64,000 bases of DNA from Erysipelotrichaceae bacterium. Lineage in GTDB: Bacteria; Bacillota_I; Bacilli_A; Erysipelotrichales; Erysipelotrichaceae. A program made the translations under genes and the position numbers. The notes beneath the pieces are model-generated. The model worked only from the letters and a program-made list of their open reading frames with translations, did not search any database and was not told the DNA's origin. Shown piece after piece: positions 19,233 to 28,959 of the stretch; position 1 is the stretch's first letter, and every line of letters begins with the position of its first letter. The stretch lies in NCBI GenBank assembly GCA_028723085.1, contig JAQYFP010000181.1, positions 2,053-66,052 on the forward strand, given 5' to 3'.

Positions 19233-20522
19233 CTAAATTTGATCAAAAGCTTGTTGAAGATCCGCTAAAATATCTTCAATGTCTTCGATTCCTACAGATA
19301 AACGAATTAAATCCGGTCCTACTCCACCAGCAATTAGTTCTTCATCATTCATTTGACGATGAGTACTACTAGCTGGGTGCAATACACATGTATGAGCATC
19401 CGCAACATGTGTGGCAATCATTGCGACTTTTAAGTGTCTCATGAATTCTTCAGCCTTTTTACGTCCACCTTTAATTCCAAATGAAACAACCCCACAAGTT
19501 CCATTTGGCATATATTTTTGTGCTCTTTCATAGTATTTATTCGAAGGAAGAGACGGATAATTTACCCAAGTTACTTTGTCATTAGCTTCTAAATACTCAG
19601 CTACTTTTAAAGCATTTTCACAATGTCTTGGCATACGAACATGCAAAGACTCTAATCCTAGATTCAACATATACGCATTCATAGGTGCTTGAATAGAACC
19701 AAAATCACGCATTAATTGCGAAGTACATTTGGTAATGAAGGCACCTTCTTTTCCAAATTTTTCGGCATACGTAACACCATGATAAGATTCATCTGGTGTA
19801 GTTAATCCTGGGAATTTATCGGCATGGGCCATCCAGTCAAAATGTCCACCGTCTACAATGCATCCACCTACGGTAGCATCGTGTCCGTCCATGTATTTTG
19901 TTGTAGAATGCGTAACGATGTCACATCCCCATTCAATAGGACGACAATTAATTGGTGTTGCGAAGGTATTATCCACAATTAAAGGAACACCATGTTCATG
20001 TGCTTTTTCAGCCCATGATTCAATATCAAAAACAATTAAAGCTGGATTGGCAATGGTTTCCCCAAAAACACATTTTGTATTTGGTCTAAAAGCCGCTTCC
20101 AATTCTTCCATTGAACAATCAGGTGAAAGGAATGTGAAGTCAATTCCCATTTTACGCATTGTCACATTAAATAAATTATAAGTTCCTCCATAAATAGAAG
20201 ACGAACAAATTACATGGTCTCCACAATTTGCGATATTAAATACTGCATAGAAATTAGCGGCTTGTCCACTACTTGTCAACATGGCAGCACTTCCACCTTC
20301 TAATTCACAAATTTTCTTAGCAACATAATCATTTGTTGGATTTTGAAGTCGGGTATAGAAATACCCATCTGCTTCTAAATCAAATAATTTACCCATATCT
20401 TCACTTGTATCGTATTTAAATGTTGTACTTTGTACAATTGGAATCATTCTTGATTCTCCATTTTTAGGTGAATACCCAGCTTGAATACATTTAGTACTCT
20501 GCTTCAATTCAATCATCTCCAT
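19233..20522 (-). CDS. metY: O-acetylhomoserine sulfhydrylase
   Basis: YTRLQNPT, VDNTFATP, HSTTKYMDGH (PLP lysine), HPASSTHRQ, IRLSVGIE; upstream of metA. Confidence 0.9.
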   Translation of the reverse strand: MEMIELKQSTKCIQAGYSPKNGESRMIPIVQSTTFKYDTSEDMGKLFDLEADGYFYTRLQNPTNDYVAKKICELEGGSAAMLTSSGQAANFYAVFNIANCGDHVICSSSIYGGTYNLFNVTMRKMGIDFTFLSPDCSMEELEAAFRPNTKCVFGETIANPALIVFDIESWAEKAHEHGVPLIVDNTFATPINCRPIEWGCDIVTHSTTKYMDGHDATVGGCIVDGGHFDWMAHADKFPGLTTPDESYHGVTYAEKFGKEGAFITKCTSQLMRDFGSIQAPMNAYMLNLGLESLHVRMPRHCENALKVAEYLEANDKVTWVNYPSLPSNKYYERAQKYMPNGTCGVVSFGIKGGRKKAEEFMRHLKVAMIATHVADAHTCVLHPASSTHRQMNDEELIAGGVGPDLIRLSVGIEDIEDILADLQQAFDQI

Positions 20523-20590
20523 TCTTTGTATTCTATTCTACAATAAACATCAAATTTTTTAAATTTATTATTTTATGATACTCTTTAACT

Positions 20591-23086
20591 ATGAGAAAAA
20601 AAGTATGTATTGGCATTTTAGCCCATGTTGATGCCGGTAAAACGACATGCATTGAAAGTATGTTGTATTTATCTGGTCAAATTCGTAAATTAGGACGAGT
20701 CGATCACCAAGATGCGTTTTTAGACTATGACAATCAAGAACGAAATCGTGGTATTACGATTTATTCAAAAGAAGCTCATTTTACTTGGAAATATACAGAT
20801 ATCTATGTCATTGATACTCCAGGTCACATTGATTTTTCAAGTGAAATGGAACGAAGCCTTCAAGTATTGGATTTAGCTATTTTATTAATTAATGGGCAAG
20901 ACGGTGTACAAAGTCATACCCAGACAATATGGAAATGCTTAGAACACTATCATGTTCCTACGCTTTGTTTCGTAAATAAAATGGATATTTCCTATCATTC
21001 AAAAGAAGATCTTTTATTAGACTTAACGAAGAAATGTCATTCCAATTGTATTGATTTTAACAATGATGATAAATTTGAAAAACTTGCTTTAGTAAATGAA
21101 GACTTATTAAATGAATACATTCAAAATGATTCCATTTGTACTGATTCCATCCAACAAGCCATCTATAAAAGAGAATGTTTCCCGGTATTCTTTGGAAGTG
21201 CTTTAAAATTAGAAGGCATAGAGCCATTAATGGATGCCATTAAACAATATTCCCTTGATTGTGAATATGGACAAGAATTTGGAGCGAAAGTTTATAAAAT
21301 ATCAAAAGACGAACAAGGAAATCGTCTAACGCATATTAAAGTCACAAGTGGTTGTGTAAAACCCAAACAAATCATTAATGAAGAAAAAATTGATCAAATT
21401 CGTTTATATAACGGTAAAAATTACACCATGCTCAATCAAGCCGATGCCGGTATGATTTGTGTATTAAAAGGATTGGAACACTTTGAGGTAGGACAAGGAA
21501 TGGGAATTGAAAAAGATAGTGAAAAACCTCTTTTAAATGCGTATTTAAACTATCAGCTTGTCCTTCCAAGTGGCATTGATCCTTTACAGATGATGAAAAC
21601 ATGTGACTTGTTGTGTAGCCAAGATCCACAATTAAATATTGAATACGAATCTCAATCTAAAAAAATTAATGTTCAATTAATGGGAGACATTCAAATGGAA
21701 GTTCTCCAAAATCGCATTGAAAAAGAAACAGGAATTAAAGTTGGTTTTACTACAGGAAATGTCATTTATAAAGAAACAATTACTGAACCCGTTTATGGAG
21801 TAGGACACTTTGAGCCTTTACGTCATTATGCCGAAGTTCATTTAAAATTAGAACCTCTTCCACGAAATAGTGGACTTCAATTTGAAAGCGATGTTTCCAT
21901 GGATTCTTTAGCTTTAAACTGGCAAAGATTGATTCTAACACATCTTCAAGAAAAACATCATAAAGGTGTTTTAACTGGTTCCTATATTACGGATATGAAA
22001 ATCACATTGGTAGCTGGTAAAAGTCATCTAAAACATACAGAAGGTGGTGACTTTAGACAAGCTACGTATCGTGCCGTTCGTCAAGGTTTAAAGAAAGCAC
22101 ATTCTATTTTATTAGAGCCCTATTATTCATTTAATCTTACTTTGGATTCCAATTCTTTATCAAAGGCTCTATATGATTTAGAATGTCGTCATGCCACAGT
22201 TACTATTGAAGACCACTTAGATGGAACTTTCACTGTATCAGGTAGAGGTCCTGTGCGTCTATTGATGAATTATCAAAATGATGTAGTTGCGATGACAAAA
22301 GGAAAAGGTGTCTTTACTTGTCAGTTAGATGGCTATGATGAATGTGTTGATGCCGATAAAATCATTGAAGAAATTGGTTATGATAGTGAACAAGACTTTA
22401 AAAATCCTACGGGATCCGTTTTCTGTACCCATGGTTCTGGTTTCTATGTTCCTTATGATGAAGTTGAAGAATACATGCACATAAAACCAAAAAGTGAAAG
22501 TACAAGTCAATCGTATTCAAGTCGTAAATATACAATTGATGAACAAGAAGTACAGCGTGTTTTTAATATGATTTCGGGTCAGAATAAGAAAAAGGAAGAA
22601 AAGAAACCAAAAAAGAAAACCGATATTTCATATCAATCTGTTACGGTTAAGGAAAAACTACCTGAGTGTTTAATTGTAGATGGCTATAATCAAATATATG
22701 GATGGGATTCTTTAAAAGAATATGCTCATAGTGAAATTGACTATGCCCGTTCGGTTTTAATTAGTGCTCTACAAAATTATCAAGGATATAAAAATATAAA
22801 AGTAATCTTAGTATTTGATGCGTATCGTGTTAAAGATTCTACAAGTCGTAATTCTAAATATGGAGATATGGAAGTCATTTATACAAAATATGGACAAAGT
22901 GCTGATAGTTATATTGAAAAGCTAGTTCATGACTACAAAGGAAAATATAAAATGGTTGTTGCCAGTTCCGAGGGTTTAATTCAAAATTCTATTCTTGCCA
23001 GTGGTGCCATTCGCATGAGTGCAAGAGAATTAGAGTGTCGAGTCAATAGTGTCAACCAACAAGCATTTAACTCATTAAAAAAATAA
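20591..23086 (+). CDS. EF-G/TetM-like translational GTPase fused to a C-terminal NYN (YacP/Rae1-like) nuclease domain
   Basis: G1 AHVDAGKT, RGITI, DTPGH, NKMD; EF-G-like domains IV and V (HYAEVHLKLEP, LLEPYY); C-terminal LIVDGYN..VFDAY..SADSYIEK..GAIRMSAREL. Confidence 0.85.
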   Translation: MRKKVCIGILAHVDAGKTTCIESMLYLSGQIRKLGRVDHQDAFLDYDNQERNRGITIYSKEAHFTWKYTDIYVIDTPGHIDFSSEMERSLQVLDLAILLINGQDGVQSHTQTIWKCLEHYHVPTLCFVNKMDISYHSKEDLLLDLTKKCHSNCIDFNNDDKFEKLALVNEDLLNEYIQNDSICTDSIQQAIYKRECFPVFFGSALKLEGIEPLMDAIKQYSLDCEYGQEFGAKVYKISKDEQGNRLTHIKVTSGCVKPKQIINEEKIDQIRLYNGKNYTMLNQADAGMICVLKGLEHFEVGQGMGIEKDSEKPLLNAYLNYQLVLPSGIDPLQMMKTCDLLCSQDPQLNIEYESQSKKINVQLMGDIQMEVLQNRIEKETGIKVGFTTGNVIYKETITEPVYGVGHFEPLRHYAEVHLKLEPLPRNSGLQFESDVSMDSLALNWQRLILTHLQEKHHKGVLTGSYITDMKITLVAGKSHLKHTEGGDFRQATYRAVRQGLKKAHSILLEPYYSFNLTLDSNSLSKALYDLECRHATVTIEDHLDGTFTVSGRGPVRLLMNYQNDVVAMTKGKGVFTCQLDGYDECVDADKIIEEIGYDSEQDFKNPTGSVFCTHGSGFYVPYDEVEEYMHIKPKSESTSQSYSSRKYTIDEQEVQRVFNMISGQNKKKEEKKPKKKTDISYQSVTVKEKLPECLIVDGYNQIYGWDSLKEYAHSEIDYARSVLISALQNYQGYKNIKVILVFDAYRVKDSTSRNSKYGDMEVIYTKYGQSADSYIEKLVHDYKGKYKMVVASSEGLIQNSILASGAIRMSARELECRVNSVNQQAFNSLKK

Positions 23087-23103
23087 GGCCTGCGCCTTAT
23101 TTT
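23080..23103. terminator. Bidirectional terminator
   Basis: AAAATAAGGC-ctgc-GCCTTATTTT. Confidence 0.8.
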
Positions 23104-23106
23104 TTT

Positions 23107-23928
23107 TTATAGATCTTCAAAACCAATAATTAATCCACCTGCTTCAGCATAGAAACTACATAATCCTTTACATGTTCCTATTTCAATTTGTGCTGATGGG
23201 AATTCATTTAAAATTGCTTCCTTTAATTGATTTGCCAATTCTTCATTATATACATGATCAATTCGAAGTTTCTTTCCTTTATATCCTAATTCACTAATTG
23301 TTGATACTAAAGTTTTAATTGTTTTCTTTTGTCCTCTTGCCTTAGAAATAACTTCGATTGTTCCTTGATCGCTTGCTTTTCCGATAAGACGAATTCCAAT
23401 TAAAACAAGTCCTTTAGCTAATATAGGATTAATACGACCATTGTTTGCTAAGTTTGTCACAGATTCAAGAGCAAATAATAAATGAGTATGTTTTTGATAT
23501 TCATGAACACTATCCACAACTTGTTCAAAAGTTATTCCTGATTCAGCGCATTCAATGATTTTTTGAATAATCAACATCATTTCTGCTCCTGTACTTAAAG
23601 AATCAAAGATTTCAATTTTTTTATCTGGGAAATCTTGCTTGGCAATACAAGCTGCATTATAGCTTCCTGATAAATTGGAACTAATTGTTACACCAAAACC
23701 ATAGTCAGCTCCTTCAAAAGCTTCCATCCATTCTCCTGCATTTGGACATGATGTTGAACTTTTACTTGTTAAGGATTTTAAGTCATCCACCATTTCTTTT
23801 ACATTTAAATCAGGATTATCAATATACTCTTTATTTTCTGTACGAATGCGTAAAGGAACACTTTGATAAGGAACATCTTTTAGAAAATACTCATTTGATG
23901 ATGAATCCGATACAATTTTATAATTCAT
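23107..23928 (-). CDS. DegV family fatty-acid-binding protein
   Basis: KIVSDSS, STSCP, TISSNLSGSYNAA, FDSLS, LANNGRI. Confidence 0.9.
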   Translation of the reverse strand: MNYKIVSDSSSNEYFLKDVPYQSVPLRIRTENKEYIDNPDLNVKEMVDDLKSLTSKSSTSCPNAGEWMEAFEGADYGFGVTISSNLSGSYNAACIAKQDFPDKKIEIFDSLSTGAEMMLIIQKIIECAESGITFEQVVDSVHEYQKHTHLLFALESVTNLANNGRINPILAKGLVLIGIRLIGKASDQGTIEVISKARGQKKTIKTLVSTISELGYKGKKLRIDHVYNEELANQLKEAILNEFPSAQIEIGTCKGLCSFYAEAGGLIIGFEDL

Positions 23929-24037
23929 ATTTAATACCTCTCACCATCATATTAAAAGTTATTGATTATGTTGTCAAGAGTTTTTGAAAAACCTTTAAAA
24001 AGATATTCAATAGTGTTATAATTGATATGGTGATAAC

Positions 24038-24559
24038 ATGAATCAAAAAATTCAAGATGAAATAAGAAACTTTTATTTTCCTTCTTATCAGGAAATACCT
24101 GATGTTGGTTTATATTTAGAACAAACAACAGATTACATTAATGCGATTTTATTTCCCTTAACAAATGAAAAAATCACAAAATCAATGATTAGTAATTACG
24201 TAAAAAAAGGACTAATTTCTAGTCCTATAAAGAAAAAATATAATCGCGATCAAATCGCTATTTTAATTTATTTAGCATTAGCCAAGACCATTGTTTCATT
24301 AGAAGACATTCAATTATTACTTGAATTAAAAGATTTATCTTATGACAATCAAACGGCTTTTGATTATTTTAAAGTTGAATTTGAAAATGTTTTACATTAT
24401 GTATTTGGAATTAAAGACTCGCTTGATAGTGTTGGAAAAGATGATACGTATCCTAAGTCTTTACTTCGTAGTACCATTATTGCCTTTGCGCATAAAATAT
24501 ATCTTAATAAGAGTTTTAAACTTCTTCATGAACAAATGGAATCATCCTCTAAATTGTAA
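24038..24559 (+). CDS. DUF1836 (MerR-like HTH) protein
   Basis: EIPDVGLYLEQ..ITKSMISNYVKKGLI..P.KKKYNRDQIA pattern. Confidence 0.8.
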   Translation: MNQKIQDEIRNFYFPSYQEIPDVGLYLEQTTDYINAILFPLTNEKITKSMISNYVKKGLISSPIKKKYNRDQIAILIYLALAKTIVSLEDIQLLLELKDLSYDNQTAFDYFKVEFENVLHYVFGIKDSLDSVGKDDTYPKSLLRSTIIAFAHKIYLNKSFKLLHEQMESSSKL

Positions 24560-25000
24560 GGCTTTTCGCTTAGCTTGTGAGTAAATACGAAATATCGTTG
24601 AAACAATTAAGATACCCACTGCCAAGCTTGCAGCTACTCCAATTAAATGACAAAAATGTTCCATTGATTTTAATAATGATCCTCTTATCGCATATAACAT
24701 CATTCGATAAATAGAAGCTCCCGGTACTAGCGGAATTAAAGCCGCTACTAAATATGTTGTAACGGGGCTTTTATATTGTCTTGCCAGAATTTCAGCACAA
24801 ATTGATATTCCTACCGCTCCTAAAAAATTACAAATATAATCGTTTACTTCAAAGAAGCATCCTGTCTTATATACAAGTCCTCCAATAGCTCCGGTAATAC
24901 TTGCCAAAATTAAGTTTTTACCTTTTATATTAAATAAAATTCCAAATCCAAGTGTCGCAAAAAAACTGGACACAAATCCTTTTATCATTGCTTCTATCAT
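24542..25000 (-). CDS. Threonine/serine exporter, ThrE_2 subunit
   Basis: FGILFN, KSPVT.YLVAALIPLVPG; start reassigned to MIEAM just after the thrE stop. Confidence 0.82.
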   Translation of the reverse strand: MIEAMIKGFVSSFFATLGFGILFNIKGKNLILASITGAIGGLVYKTGCFFEVNDYICNFLGAVGISICAEILARQYKSPVTTYLVAALIPLVPGASIYRMMLYAIRGSLLKSMEHFCHLIGVAASLAVGILIVSTIFRIYSQAKRKALQFRG

Positions 25001-25001
25001 A

Positions 25002-25748
25002 TTACACCACACTAAATACCACAAACACACCCAAGGCAATCGCTCCAGCACACACAAATGTTTCCATAATTCTTGATACTCCTGATAAATAGTCTCCAGC
25101 AATGGTATCTCGAATCGCGTTGGTAAAAGCTAATCCTGGCACCAACAACATAATTCCGGAAACAATTAAAATATTCACATCCATTGATGGTACTAGATCC
25201 ACCGCAACGATGGAAAGAAATGCCAATACGATTGATGCCAATACGTTATTAATAAAGTCATTCATTTTCATCATACTTAAAAAACTAATTAATAAACGAA
25301 CCACAACTCCAATTAAAAAAGAAGTAATAATTTCTAAAAGTCCACCTTCAAAGAATAAAGCAAAGCCTGCGGCTCCAATTCCTCCAAATAATGTTGTCAT
25401 CCAAATTGAATATTTAGGTTCTTTTTCAATTCGGTCTAAGTAAGAAGAAATTTCATCTAATGTATAATCATGTTTTTGAACATCTCGACTCAGCGCATTA
25501 ATACGAACCACACAGTTTAAATTCACATTACGACTACGAACACGACAAATCTTAGAGAAAACTTGTCCTTCATATCCAATCGATAACATAATTCCTGTTG
25601 AAGTCACATAGCTATCTACTTCTTGGGTATTGGCTAAAGCTGTACAAATACGAATCATCGTATCTTCTACACGATAAACTTCAGCTCCACTTTCTAATAA
25701 TAAACGCCCTGCTCTCGTTCCAATATCTAATAATTTTTCTATTTCCAT
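25002..25748 (-). CDS. Threonine/serine exporter ThrE family
   Basis: GRLLLESGAEVYRVEDTMIRI, IMLLVPGLAFTNAIRD. Confidence 0.88.
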   Translation of the reverse strand: MEIEKLLDIGTRAGRLLLESGAEVYRVEDTMIRICTALANTQEVDSYVTSTGIMLSIGYEGQVFSKICRVRSRNVNLNCVVRINALSRDVQKHDYTLDEISSYLDRIEKEPKYSIWMTTLFGGIGAAGFALFFEGGLLEIITSFLIGVVVRLLISFLSMMKMNDFINNVLASIVLAFLSIVAVDLVPSMDVNILIVSGIMLLVPGLAFTNAIRDTIAGDYLSGVSRIMETFVCAGAIALGVFVVFSVV

Positions 25749-25754
25749 GCGACT

Positions 25755-25763
25755 AGTATAACA
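25755..25763 (-). promoter_or_regulatory. Extended -10 placed for leaderless transcription of thrE
   Basis: TGTTATACT-agtcgc-ATG (6 nt), no SD. Confidence 0.65.
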
Positions 25764-25788
25764 TAAAAAACACATAAAAAAAGAAGTT

Positions 25789-26286
25789 CTATTTTCCAGA
25801 ACTTCCTAATCTTCCATCCATTCGTTTAGATTCAATTTGTTGTAGCTGATCATATGAAAGTGTTTCACATTCTAATTGTGGCATTTGTACTAAAACACCT
25901 TGGCATACAGCTTTTTCATATGGATAAATGATAAATTGTGCTTTTTGTGTTTCATCCCATTGTGCTAATATTTCTTTTTTCACAATACGAATGGGTTTGT
26001 CATTTACATTTGTGATAGGAGCCATATATTCCCCACGATAACCAGAATCAATAACACCCGCTCTTTGTGCCATTCCTTTGGTTCCCGTTGAACCTCTTTC
26101 CTTCAACAACATTACATAGTGTTCATCAAAAGCACTAGCAACCCCCAAAGGTACTAAGACAGTGTGTAGTGGTTGAATTTCTAAGTAGTCTTGTTCAAAA
26201 CATGGATATAAATCATATCCCGCATCTTCGTTTCGTTTACTTGGGATAATGGCTTGTTCTTTTACTTTTGCCCAATATAATTTCAT
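25789..26286 (-). CDS. dut: Trimeric dUTPase
   Basis: AGYDL, ERGSTG, GVIDSGYRGE, R..GRLGSSG motifs. Confidence 0.88.
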   Translation of the reverse strand: MKLYWAKVKEQAIIPSKRNEDAGYDLYPCFEQDYLEIQPLHTVLVPLGVASAFDEHYVMLLKERGSTGTKGMAQRAGVIDSGYRGEYMAPITNVNDKPIRIVKKEILAQWDETQKAQFIIYPYEKAVCQGVLVQMPQLECETLSYDQLQQIESKRMDGRLGSSGK

Positions 26287-26750
26287 TTCAATACCTCTTT
26301 ATATATTTTCACTAAATCATCTAAGCGCATACTTGCGTTTGCACTTGAAGTAGATGGACAACTAATCGCATCTAAATCAAAATGCTTTTTTAATAATTTA
26401 TAGCTTGTTTTCCCATTACATATAATACGTTCAATCGATGGATTTTCTTTTAATAGCGATACAATATCATTGGGAACAATTTCTTTAATATGACTATCCA
26501 AGCTACCTGGTCGAATACATGAATGACATATATCCCATAGGGCAATATGATTTTTTTCTAGTATTTGTTTCTTTTGTTCATTGGTTTCTATGGGCATATG
26601 ATAAATTGCTTGCAACATAGGCCAAAACCGATTATTAGGATTGGCATAATACATTTGTTCTTGTAGACTTTTTACACTTGGCATTGATCCCAATATCAAT
26701 ACTTTATCGTTTTTATGTACAATGGCATCAAAGCCTATAATGCGACACAT
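26283..26750 (-). CDS. UDG-superfamily DNA glycosylase (deoxyinosine glycosylase type)
   Basis: LILGSMPS..S..YYANPNNRFW, IALWD, SLDS.I, ICNGK, PSTSSANA. Confidence 0.85.
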   Translation of the reverse strand: MCRIIGFDAIVHKNDKVLILGSMPSVKSLQEQMYYANPNNRFWPMLQAIYHMPIETNEQKKQILEKNHIALWDICHSCIRPGSLDSHIKEIVPNDIVSLLKENPSIERIICNGKTSYKLLKKHFDLDAISCPSTSSANASMRLDDLVKIYKEVLK

Positions 26751-28033
26751 GTTCCCATCAAATCATACGCATTGGCATCTTCAATCAACACTTGTACAAA
26801 CGATCCTAATTCAATGTCTTCATCGCATTTAAAAATGACTTTTCCATCGATTTCATCGGGTGCATCTGCTTTTGATCTTCCACGATATACATTGCGTAAG
26901 CCTTCTTTTTCTTCCACAAGAACTTCCATTGTTTTACCAATTTTATTTTGATTTAATTCAAGAGAAATTTGATTTTGAAGCTGCATTAAACGAGCTAAAC
27001 GATCATCCATGACTTCTTGATCAATTTCTGGTTTCATATCATAGGCTTTTGTATCTTCTTCTTTTGAATACGTGAAAGCTCCCATACGATCCCATTTCAC
27101 ATTTTTAATAAATTCTTCTAATTCTAAGTATTCTTCTTCTGTTTCGGATGGGAATCCTACAATCATTGTTGTACGTAATGTTACATCATCAAACATTGAA
27201 CGAATTTTATCAATGATTTCATATGCATGTTCTTTTGTTCCTCTTCGATTCATCGCTTTTAATAAACGATTATTCGCATGTTGCATAGGAATATCAAAAT
27301 AAGGAACAACTTTTTTACTTTGTTGCATCGCAACTAATACATCATCCACAATTTCATCTGGATACATATATAAAATACGAATCCAATGAATTCCTTCGAT
27401 TTTATCGATTTCACGAATTAAGTCCCCTAATCTTAGTTCTCCATATAAATCCAATCCATATTTTGTTGTATCTTGAGCAATCAAAGTAAGTTCTTTTACG
27501 CCATAACTTGCCAATTGTTTAGCCTCAGCAACAAGATCTACAATTGGACGCGATACTTGATCTCCTCGAATTAGAGGAATGGCACAGTATGTACAATGAT
27601 TTGAACATCCATCACTAATTTTAAGATATGCACGCCATGGTTGTGTTGAAAGTACACGATCGAATTTTTGATAAGACATCGGTGTATTTAATACTTGCTC
27701 TAAGTGCTGAGCAAAATGGTCATAATCTTTAATAGGAATAATCGCATCAATTTCCGGAATTTCTTCTTCTAATTCTTTTTGATAGCGTTGAGCTAGACAT
27801 CCGCATACAATTAATTTTTCCAAGTTTCTTTCTTTGTATTGTGCCATTTCAAAAATGGTATTAATGGATTCTTCTTTGGCACTGGTAATAAATCCACATG
27901 TGTTAATAATAATGGCTTGAGCTTGACGAGGATCAGATACAATTTCATGGTTATTTCTTTTAAGCATCCCCATAATTTGTTCTGAATCCACTAAGTTTTT
28001 ACAACACCCAAGTGATACAAATCCTATTTTCAT
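26735..28033 (-). CDS. rimO: Ribosomal protein S12 methylthiotransferase
   Basis: SLGCCKNLVDSE, NTCGFI, CGCLAQRY, radical SAM GCSNHCTYC, APDEIDG TRAM domain. Confidence 0.95.
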   Translation of the reverse strand: MKIGFVSLGCCKNLVDSEQIMGMLKRNNHEIVSDPRQAQAIIINTCGFITSAKEESINTIFEMAQYKERNLEKLIVCGCLAQRYQKELEEEIPEIDAIIPIKDYDHFAQHLEQVLNTPMSYQKFDRVLSTQPWRAYLKISDGCSNHCTYCAIPLIRGDQVSRPIVDLVAEAKQLASYGVKELTLIAQDTTKYGLDLYGELRLGDLIREIDKIEGIHWIRILYMYPDEIVDDVLVAMQQSKKVVPYFDIPMQHANNRLLKAMNRRGTKEHAYEIIDKIRSMFDDVTLRTTMIVGFPSETEEEYLELEEFIKNVKWDRMGAFTYSKEEDTKAYDMKPEIDQEVMDDRLARLMQLQNQISLELNQNKIGKTMEVLVEEKEGLRNVYRGRSKADAPDEIDGKVIFKCDEDIELGSFVQVLIEDANAYDLMGTCVAL

Positions 28034-28959
28034 TGTTCGTCCTTTCTGTGATATATCATTCGATTTTCTAAGGCAAAGATACGTGGTCCAAATTCTCCTG
28101 GTTGTGTGGCATCAATGCTTTGTTTCATCATAAATAAACGCGAATCTAAATTATCAACCATTGATAATACTTCAGCTTCTGGAATCATTGGTAATACCGG
28201 TGAACCGTATTCATTTTTACCATGATGTGATAGAATCATGTGTTTTAATAATAAAATAGATTCTTTATCTTGTAAGCCCAATTCATAGCTTATACGATCT
28301 AAGTATGAAGCAAATATACTAATGTGTCCAATTAAATTTCCTTTAGCCGTGTATTCAGGTAAAACCGGTGAAGAGAATTCTTCAATTTTACCAATGTCAT
28401 GTAATAAACAAGCACTTATTAATAAATCAGCATCTAAATATGGATACAATTCACATATTCTTAATGATAAACGTACCATTGAAAGCGAATGAAAAGCCAA
28501 TCCTCCTACATAATTATGATGATTTTTCTTAGCTGCCGAATATGAATAATATTCATCTTCCACGTTTTCTAGAATTGTTTGTGTGATAAGAAATAGGTCT
28601 TCATTTTTAATTTGAGATACATAGCCATCAATTTCTTCTTTCATTTGTTCAACACTCATAGGTGCTTGACGTACATAATCCGTAATTTTTTCGTTTTCTA
28701 ATTCTTTTAGCGTACGAACTTTTAATTGAATCGCATTTTTATGAATGATAATATCTCCTACAGCTTGTACGATCATTCCTACTTTATAGGATTCGACTTG
28801 TTCATCTGTTAAATTCCAAAACTTCGCATCTAATACTCCACTTGCATCTTCTAATGTCAATGATAAGTAAGGCGTTCCTTTTACCGTTTTCGCTTTATCA
28901 CATCGACTAATCAAACAAGGAAGAGATACTTTTCCTTCTGCTACTATATCTTTAATCAT
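28030..28959 (-). CDS. yhaM: 3'-5' exoribonuclease YhaM/Cbf1 (OB fold plus HD)
   Basis: LTLEDASGVLDAKFW OB fold; AAKKNHH..GGLAFH, LLHDIGK, ILSHHG..EYGSP. Confidence 0.9.
   Translation of the reverse strand: MIKDIVAEGKVSLPCLISRCDKAKTVKGTPYLSLTLEDASGVLDAKFWNLTDEQVESYKVGMIVQAVGDIIIHKNAIQLKVRTLKELENEKITDYVRQAPMSVEQMKEEIDGYVSQIKNEDLFLITQTILENVEDEYYSYSAAKKNHHNYVGGLAFHSLSMVRLSLRICELYPYLDADLLISACLLHDIGKIEEFSSPVLPEYTAKGNLIGHISIFASYLDRISYELGLQDKESILLLKHMILSHHGKNEYGSPVLPMIPEAEVLSMVDNLDSRLFMMKQSIDATQPGEFGPRIFALENRMIYHRKDEQ

Noticed and set aside
20523-20590. SAM riboswitch or T-box upstream of metY
   Set aside because: The gap is only 68 nt of AT-rich sequence with none of the conserved motifs.
20591-23086. 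Calling the GTPase a tetracycline resistance gene (tetM/tetO/tetW)
   Set aside because: It is about 190 aa longer than ribosomal protection proteins because of the NYN domain, has native base composition and has no mobile-element context.
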